From NCBI GenBank assembly GCA_963749075.1, contig CAVVLJ010000013.1, positions 1 through 13,674 on the forward strand: 13,674 nt of DNA, read 5' to 3'. Source of the stretch: an uncultured Pseudomonadota bacterium. Its GTDB lineage: Bacteria > Pseudomonadota > Alphaproteobacteria > JACZXZ01. The stretch's first letter is position 1. Each line of letters opens with the position of its first letter. A model generated the notes under the pieces. It was not told the DNA's origin. It was given only the letters and a program-made list of their open reading frames with translations, and did not search any database. Positions 8,287-13,674 of the stretch are shown piece by piece. Both the position numbers and the translations under genes were made by a program.

Positions 8287-8305
8287 CCGAAGCTTGCGGC
8301 CAATT
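8287..8305 (-). promoter_or_regulatory. Putative Ada-binding site upstream of ada
   Basis: The minus strand reads AATTGGCC-GCAA-GCTT-CGG. GCAA is the Ada B-box; the upstream AAT is spaced N5 versus N6 in E. coli. Confidence 0.5.
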
Positions 8306-8318
8306 CCCGAGCCGGCGC

Positions 8319-9053
8319 TCAGCCGTAGCGCAAGAGGCGATCGCCGTGCCGGCTGAGCCAGTCGCACGACGCCCGGAGCTCGGGCGTCAGCTTCTCGACC
8401 AGGCGCCAGAAGCGCTCGCCGTGGTGATGGTGGACGAGGTGGGCGACCTCGTGCGCCACCACGTAGTCGAGCACCGGCTCCGGTGCCAGGATGAGACGCC
8501 AGGAGAGATTGATGCTGCCGCCGGCGGCGCAGCTCCCCCAGCGGCTCGTGGTGTCCCTGATGCCGATGCGCGCCACGCGCTGCCCGACGAGCGCCGCCTT
8601 GGCTTGCGCGCGCGCGGTCAGGTGACGCAGCGCCTCGCGCTTGAGCCAGTCCCTGAGGCGGCGCGGCAGGAACTCGGCGGCACCCGACACGACGATGCGG
8701 CCCTCCTCGCGCCACACGCCGCCCGGCACCTCGGGGCGATGCTCGATCACGTGCTCCACTCCGAGATAGGGGATGGCGGCACCCGGCCGGAACGGCACAC
8801 GGGGCGGGCGGAGGGCTAGCCGCGTCAGAATCCAGCCCGACTTCTCCTCGGCGAAGCGCAGGCCCTCGCTCAAGCCGACGCCGCGCGGCAGCACGAGCTC
8901 GACCGCATCCTCGCTGGGGTCGAGGCGCAGCGAGAGCCGCCGTGCGCGCGAGCTCTTGCGCATCTTGAGGGGTACCGCGCGCCCATCCACGGTGACGCTC
9001 GCGACGACGCGCGAGGTGCGCGGCACCTTCGCCTGCCGCCCATCCGCAACCAT
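8319..9053 (-). CDS. YgjP/DUF45-like zinc metalloprotein (often annotated M48-family metallopeptidase)
   Basis: RWGSC, INLSWRLILAP, LDYVVAHEVAH and HGERFW motifs. ATG 9053 has a GGAGAG RBS; alternative start 9080. Confidence 0.9.
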   Translation of the reverse strand: MVADGRQAKVPRTSRVVASVTVDGRAVPLKMRKSSRARRLSLRLDPSEDAVELVLPRGVGLSEGLRFAEEKSGWILTRLALRPPRVPFRPGAAIPYLGVEHVIEHRPEVPGGVWREEGRIVVSGAAEFLPRRLRDWLKREALRHLTARAQAKAALVGQRVARIGIRDTTSRWGSCAAGGSINLSWRLILAPEPVLDYVVAHEVAHLVHHHHGERFWRLVEKLTPELRASCDWLSRHGDRLLRYG

Positions 9054-9193
9054 GACGCTTCTCTCCGAGCTATGCCACATCTTGGGTGCAGTAGCTATAA
9101 AGCATACCAGATTTCGATGGCGCCGCGCCAGACCGGGGACAGGCGCTGGTGGTGACGCATCGGTTGTCAGCCAAGTTCGCTCGTCGCGTGGCC

Positions 9194-9862
9194 TCAGAGA
9201 TGCTCGGCGATCGCCCTCGCCATCTGACCGGGCGTGGTCTGGCGCGTGAATTGGGTGATGTAGCGGCCATCGGGGCCGACGAGATAGACGAAGCCGGGAT
9301 AATCCATGAGGTAGCCCGGGCTGCCCTCGCCCTCGATCGGCACCTTGGCGTAATAGACGCGGAAGGCCCGTGCCGTGGCGGCTATCTCCTGCGGCGTGCC
9401 GGTGAGTCCGACGAGGCCGGTGAGGTGCGAATGGAAGCGGCTCAAATAGCGCTTCAGCGTCGCCGCCGTGTCGCGCTCGGGATCGATCGTGATGAAGATG
9501 GGCTGCAAGCGCTTTGCCCGCGTGCCGAGCCGGTCGAGCGTCTGGTCGATGGTGATGAGCTCGTTCTGGCCCACGTCGGGGCTGGAGGTATAGCCGAAAT
9601 AGATGAGCATGAAGCGGCCGCGGAACTCGATGTCCGTGCGCGTCCTGCCATCCTGATCGATGAGCGCGAAGGGTCCTCCGGCCGGCGCCGCGTCGCGGCC
9701 GCTGACCATGGCCGTGCCGGATCTCTCGGCGACGAGAAGGCGCAAGCCCGCACCGAGTCCCGCCGTCACCAGCACGAGAGCCACGACGAGCGCTATGCGC
9801 GAGCGGCGCCGGCCGGCGCTCGTGCGCAGAGCGGACTTCGCCGCCGGCAGCCAGCGGATCAC
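9194..9862 (-). CDS. SCO1/SenC-family membrane-anchored protein lacking the CxxxC and His copper ligands, about 222 aa
   Basis: GGPFALIDQDG, LIYFGYT, IFITIDPERDT, GLTG and YLVGPDG are SCO hallmarks; N-terminal TM segment. GTG 9862 overlaps the upstream TGA (GTGA). Confidence 0.9.
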   Translation of the reverse strand: MIRWLPAAKSALRTSAGRRRSRIALVVALVLVTAGLGAGLRLLVAERSGTAMVSGRDAAPAGGPFALIDQDGRTRTDIEFRGRFMLIYFGYTSSPDVGQNELITIDQTLDRLGTRAKRLQPIFITIDPERDTAATLKRYLSRFHSHLTGLVGLTGTPQEIAATARAFRVYYAKVPIEGEGSPGYLMDYPGFVYLVGPDGRYITQFTRQTTPGQMARAIAEHL

Positions 9863-10212
9863 GGCGTCCCTTGCGGCTCGGTCTTCACGACCGAGCCCGG
9901 CGCCAGCTCGGTGTAGCCCTTGGACGCCATGCAGGCGCGGTAGAGGTCGCCCTGCTGCCGCATGGCCGCACTGCTGCCGCCTCCCGCCATTTGCGATGTG
10001 GGGGTGAGGAAGTCGTAATCGCCGGCCTCCGCGACGCAGGCCTTCTGGTCGCGCCTGAGCTGGCTCTCCTTGACGTTGTCCTTGGTCCATACGCCCCGCG
10101 GCCCTTCGCCGCAGGCGGAGAGTGCGAGGACGGCCGCGAGCGCCGCAAGCGCGGCTAATCCACGGATTCTCGCGCCGGGCTGCCTCTGCCGGCGTTGCCA
10201 ATCGGGAGCCAT
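9859..10212 (-). CDS. Small putative lipoprotein, about 117 aa, with two further Cys
   Basis: Basic N-region, hydrophobic stretch and LSAC lipobox; mature part contains RRDQKAC and LYRACMASKGY. Start codon uncertain. Confidence 0.75.
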   Translation of the reverse strand: MAPDWQRRQRQPGARIRGLAALAALAAVLALSACGEGPRGVWTKDNVKESQLRRDQKACVAEAGDYDFLTPTSQMAGGGSSAAMRQQGDLYRACMASKGYTELAPGSVVKTEPQGTP

Positions 10213-10363
10213 GCGTGGAATATAGGATCGATCCTCGGTTTTCACCACCGGCGGGTTGCCGCAGCGGCGCTGCCCCGGCCGAGGTCCCGCCGGGGCGGCG
10301 GTTTGCGCTAAGATCGCCGCCCCCCTGCTGCGGGCGAGGCCGGCGGCCGAATAGGATGCGAGG

Positions 10364-10927
10364 ATGACGAGAGGTTTGCGCATCGCCGTCGCGCTGCTTC
10401 TGCTGCCGCTCTTCGACGCGGCGGCGCGGGCCCAGGTCGACCCCTTCCACCTGAACTCGCTCGTGGGCGCGGTCAAGGAGGGCAACTATGCCTCGGTCGA
10501 GCAGTTCCTCGCCTCGGGCGAGAGCCCCAACCAGATCGGGGAGAACGGCGCGAGCGCCCTCGTCATCGCCAGCGAGACCGGACATTGCGACATTGCGGCC
10601 CTCCTCCTCCGGCACGGCGCGCGCACCGACATCAAGGACAGGGACGGCAACACCGCCTTGATCTGGGCGGCCGAGCGCGGGCAGACCGCGTGCATGAAAA
10701 CGCTCATCGCCGCGCACGTGGACCTCAATGCGGCGGACCGCCAAGGCGTCACGGCGCTCATGAAGGCGGCGCGCGGCGGCCGGCTCGACGCGGTCAAGCT
10801 GCTCATTCAGGCCAAAGCCGACGTGACGGTCACGGACTTCACGGGCGCCACCGCGCTCAGCTATGCCGAGGGCGCGCGCCAGCCGAGGATGGTCGACGTG
10901 CTGCGCGCGGCGGGGGCCCGCGATTAA
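10364..10927 (+). CDS. Secreted ankyrin-repeat protein
   Basis: Signal peptide ending AARA; repeats GASALVIA..GH, GNTALIWAAERGQ, GVTALMKAARGG, GATALSYA; GAGG upstream of ATG. Confidence 0.92.
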   Translation: MTRGLRIAVALLLLPLFDAAARAQVDPFHLNSLVGAVKEGNYASVEQFLASGESPNQIGENGASALVIASETGHCDIAALLLRHGARTDIKDRDGNTALIWAAERGQTACMKTLIAAHVDLNAADRQGVTALMKAARGGRLDAVKLLIQAKADVTVTDFTGATALSYAEGARQPRMVDVLRAAGARD

Positions 10928-10940
10928 CGCCGTTGCCGCG

Positions 10941-11936
10941 GTGCCTTTTCCGGCGCCCTGGGCCGGTGAGCCGCTCGTCCTCCTCCTCGCAGCCCTTTGC
11001 CTCGATGCGCTCCTGCCGCCGCTCCCGGGGTTGCGGCGCTACGCTCCCAATCCGCTGCGCGCCCTCGAAGCGCTCTCCCGCTGGCTCAGCCTGCGCCTCG
11101 ACCGGCCCTTCCGCAGCGAGGCGACGCGGCTCGTGCGCGGCGCCGCCGCCACGGCGCTCGTCGTGGCGCTCGCGGCCGGACTCGGCTGGGCCGTCGGTCG
11201 GATTGCCGAGCGCACCGCCTATGGCGCCGCGCTCGAGCTCGTGCTGCTGGTGCTCGTGCTCGGGCAGCGCCGCCTCGCCGCGGAGGTGCAGGCGAGCGCG
11301 CGCGCGCTCGCCCGCGGCCCCGGCGGGCTCGTGGGCGCGCGCACTACGGCCGCCGCCCTCCTCGAGCCGGGGTGGGACTGCAAGGAGCTCGACGGCTACG
11401 GCGTGGCGCGCTTGGCCGTCGAGGCCGCCGCCGTCGGCTTCGCCGAGCGCGTCGTGACACCCGTCTTCTGGTTCATCCTCTTGGGCCTGCCGGGCGCCTT
11501 CGCGGCCGTGGCCGCCCATGCCATGGCCAACCACGGGCCGGGCGAGAGCCGCTTCTCGCTCGCCGCCCGGCGGCTCGATGACGTGCTCGAGTTCCTGCCG
11601 GTGCGGCTGGCCGCATTCCTCCTCGCCCTCGCCGCCTTGTTGCTGCCGCGCGGGCATCCCATCGCCGCCATCGAGGCCATGACCGGCGAGGGCGCCAAGC
11701 ACGCGACGCTCAACCGGGGATGGCCGATCGCGGCCGTGGCAGGTGCGCTCGATCTCACCCTGGCGGGGCCGCGGCGCACCGCCGAGGGCGGGACGGTCAA
11801 GTGCCCTTGGATCGGCAGCGGGCGCGCGCGTGCCGAGGCAGCCGACGTGCGGCGGGCGCTCTGGCTCTTGGCGCTCGCCTGCGCCGTGAACGCAGCACTT
11901 GTCGGTCTCCTCGCGGTCCTCGCGCAAGCCTTCTGA
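10941..11936 (+). CDS. CobD/CbiB-family membrane protein with degenerate motifs
   Basis: Retains the scaffold ALxLD, VVTPVFW..LLGLPG, F..AARRLDDVL.FLPVRL, H...N.GWP.AAVAGAL.L.LAGPR, W.G.G and DVRRAL. Start placed tentatively at GTG 10941, after the ankyrin stop. Confidence 0.8.
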   Translation: MPFPAPWAGEPLVLLLAALCLDALLPPLPGLRRYAPNPLRALEALSRWLSLRLDRPFRSEATRLVRGAAATALVVALAAGLGWAVGRIAERTAYGAALELVLLVLVLGQRRLAAEVQASARALARGPGGLVGARTTAAALLEPGWDCKELDGYGVARLAVEAAAVGFAERVVTPVFWFILLGLPGAFAAVAAHAMANHGPGESRFSLAARRLDDVLEFLPVRLAAFLLALAALLLPRGHPIAAIEAMTGEGAKHATLNRGWPIAAVAGALDLTLAGPRRTAEGGTVKCPWIGSGRARAEAADVRRALWLLALACAVNAALVGLLAVLAQAF

Positions 11937-11974
11937 GCGCCAGGCGCCAGGGTCGTTAGCTCGGGGCCGTCAGC

Positions 11975-12658
11975 TCACGGCGCCGACTGCAGCGCCTCGC
12001 GCATCGCGTTCGCCTTGGGGTTGGCGTATTTGTTGCCCAGCACGATGTCGCGCGGGTTGGCGCCCTGGCCGTAGAACTCGCTGTTCCAGTCGTCGCGCTT
12101 GACGATCACGGCACCCTCGAGCGAGCCGCCGACGAAGAGCCCCTCGGTGCGTGCGAAGGCGACCACGTCGCCGCCGAACGCCGTCGTCGTGGCGCCCGAC
12201 AGCCCCTCCCCGATCGGCCCCATGGCGATGCTCACGTCGACGCCGAGCTTGACCTGGTTCTCGATGATGGCGTTGAGGCCGCGGTCGGTGAGCACGACGA
12301 GCACCACCTCGGAATTCTGGAAGCCGGCCTGAAAGCCGATGCTGCCGGCCCCGATCGTATAGAAGGCCGGATAGCCCCAGGCGCCGTTGGCGTCGCGCGC
12401 GACGAGCACGCCGCTGCCGCCCTGGGCGCCGACGAAGAACGCCCCCTTGAGCTGGTTGGGCACGATGAGGACGGCCTTGGCCAGCTTCATGTGGCGCTTG
12501 AGCTGGACATAGTTCGGGTCGTTGTACATGGAGATGAAGGTGAGACGCGCCTTCTCGACGAGGGCCTCCGCAGCGGAATCGGCGCGCGCCGTCCGGCCCG
12601 GGGAGAGCGCTGCCAGCACGGCGTATGCGGCGATGGCGAGGCGGACGGCTCTAAGCAT
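11975..12658 (-). CDS. Secreted lipid-binding SYLF (Ysc84-like) domain protein, about 227 aa
   Basis: AKAVLIVP, KGAFFVGAQGGSGVL, WGYPAF, GSIGFQAG and GLFVGGSLEG motifs; AGGAG RBS before ATG 12658; signal peptide ending ARA. Confidence 0.9.
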   Translation of the reverse strand: MLRAVRLAIAAYAVLAALSPGRTARADSAAEALVEKARLTFISMYNDPNYVQLKRHMKLAKAVLIVPNQLKGAFFVGAQGGSGVLVARDANGAWGYPAFYTIGAGSIGFQAGFQNSEVVLVVLTDRGLNAIIENQVKLGVDVSIAMGPIGEGLSGATTTAFGGDVVAFARTEGLFVGGSLEGAVIVKRDDWNSEFYGQGANPRDIVLGNKYANPKANAMREALQSAP

Positions 12659-12714
12659 CAAAAGGCTCCTTGCATGGACCGAGCGCTGCCGCGGCCGGGA
12701 CGCGAGCATAGCAT

Positions 12715-13042
12715 TCAAGCGGGAGTCGCGTCATCCCGCAGCACGTCCCGCAGCACGCCCTGGCGCGGCGGCAGGTTGACGCCGACGACGCGCCAGGCCT
12801 CGCCCTCGGATCCTGCGATGTGGTCGATGCGGGTGAGCGCCAGATTGTCGCTCGAGAAGCCGAGCGCCATCTCGGGATCGAGCTTGAGTGCCACCGAGAG
12901 TGCGGCGCGGATCGTGCCGCCGTGCGCCACCGCCACGATGTCGCGCCCGCCGTGGGAGGCGTTGAGGCGCCGGATCGCCGCCTCCGCCCGCGCGATCAGG
13001 GCCACGAAGCTCTCGCCGCCCGGCGGTGCCGTGCGCGCCGCG
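12715..13042 (-). pseudogene. 3' portion of a histidine phosphatase (PGM/CobC-like), 5'-truncated at the junction
   Basis: AARTAPPGGESFVALIAR...IVAVAHGGTIRAAL...DNLALTRID. Upstream the frame enters low-GC DNA and meets TAG at 13060-13062, and the N-terminal RHG motif is absent. Confidence 0.8.
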
Positions 13043-13043
13043 T

Positions 13044-13073
13044 ATAACCGATGAGCGTACTAGTTTCTGACAT
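13044..13073 (-). pseudogene. 5' stub of a gene (MSETSTLIGY) cut at the junction
   Basis: Strong RBS AAGGAGGA 7 nt before ATG 13073. After about 10 codons it reads out of frame into the phosphatase DNA and stops at 12996. Confidence 0.55.
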
Positions 13074-13255
13074 ACTTCTTTCCTCCTTGTTTGATTTGAA
13101 ACGTCGATTTGGAACAAACTTCTTGAGTTGAGACAAACGGTGACAGGCGCGAATACTGCCGAATTGCTGGCAAGGGTTGGGCGATTCTGCAGAGGAGATT
13201 TCCGTCACGAACGGCGAGGACTACGAGTCACCTGACGTTCGAGACATTTCTCAGG

Positions 13256-13674
13256 TCAGCTGAAACCGAATAGTGACGGCTGTTCTGGGACAGCTATCCG
13301 CACGCGCCGCCGCTTTGCTGACAAGAATTGCGGTCGCTGTCCGAAGACGACGAGGGGCGCATGATCCATGGCTCCCTCCAGCAGGTTCGAGGGGTCCGAC
13401 TCGGTCTCCAGCAAAACGCCTGGCAATTCAGCAGATGAGCCGGCATCGTCACCATGCGCAGTGGTTGGGAACAGCTTCTGATGTTCTGCGTTCAGGGCTT
13501 TCCAAACTGAGTCGGCGGTTTCACCAATACCGTTCCTCTCGACCAATTCGCGCGCCATCGCCGAGAGCATGTCATCGTCTTCATCGATGCTCTGCAGTCC
13601 TTCGCCGGCGAACTTGCCCTCCATGGTGAGAGCCACGAGGAGTTTCTTCCCATCAGGCGTAGAGCAATACGTTG
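13256..13674 (-). CDS. C-terminal fragment of a large protein, probably a helicase-related protein of plasmids/ICEs; apparent frameshift near 13650
   Basis: QRIALRLMG in one frame continues as KKLLVALTMEGKFAGEGLQSIDEDDDMLSAMARELV in another, ending EQPSLFGFS. The family call is from recalled resemblance only; no helicase core motif lies in the window. Confidence 0.5.
   Translation of the reverse strand, partial: TYCSTPDGKKLLVALTMEGKFAGEGLQSIDEDDDMLSAMARELVERNGIGETADSVWKALNAEHQKLFPTTAHGDDAGSSAELPGVLLETESDPSNLLEGAMDHAPLVVFGQRPQFLSAKRRRVRIAVPEQPSLFGFS

Larger units (their letters stand above)
13043..13674. other. Compositionally foreign segment (chimeric join or inserted element)
   Basis: Hand count: 46/60 G+C at 12961-13020 versus 24/60 at 13081-13140. 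Genes on both sides of the join appear broken. Confidence 0.7.

Noticed and set aside
8224-8715. Apparent N-terminal extension making Ada 532 aa
   Set aside because: Overlaps the YgjP-like gene out of frame; the RBS and domain start point to 8223 or 8250.
9863-10744. Apparent 516-aa SCO fusion and 208-aa form of the lipoprotein
   Set aside because: The extensions overlap the lipoprotein and ankyrin genes; shorter starts give proper signal or TM positions.
10941-13042. A functional cobalamin (cobC-cobD) operon
   Set aside because: The genes are on opposite strands, the CbiB motifs are degenerate and the phosphatase is truncated; at most a remnant of such a neighbourhood.
1-13674. CRISPR arrays, tRNA/rRNA genes, IS ends, integrase
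   Set aside because: No repeat-spacer periodicity, RNA gene signature or transposase/recombinase motif seen by eye.

Overview
A high-GC chromosomal segment with an alphaproteobacterial-looking gene set. From left to right: (1) a minus-strand catabolic operon (HpaB-family flavin monooxygenase, HpaC-type flavin reductase, and a UbiD-family decarboxylase that runs off the left edge and is absent from the ORF track) divergent from a LysR regulator; (2) a higBA toxin-antitoxin pair; (3) a class A penicillin-binding protein, ada and a YgjP-like metalloprotein; (4) an envelope cluster with a SCO-fold protein coupled to a small two-Cys lipoprotein, a divergent secreted ankyrin protein, a CobD/CbiB-like membrane protein and a secreted SYLF protein; (5) the 3' part of a histidine phosphatase cut at about 13043 by an abrupt join to lower-GC DNA. 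The most notable observations are a SCO protein lacking all three copper ligands in an intact frame, a CbiB homolog lacking its signature motifs, a HigB with an Asp-to-Ala change in the DYH motif, a monooxygenase-UbiD operon whose oxygenase lacks HpaB substrate residues, and a probable chimeric or insertion junction at the right end. Family calls rest on motif recognition by eye; no database searches were run.
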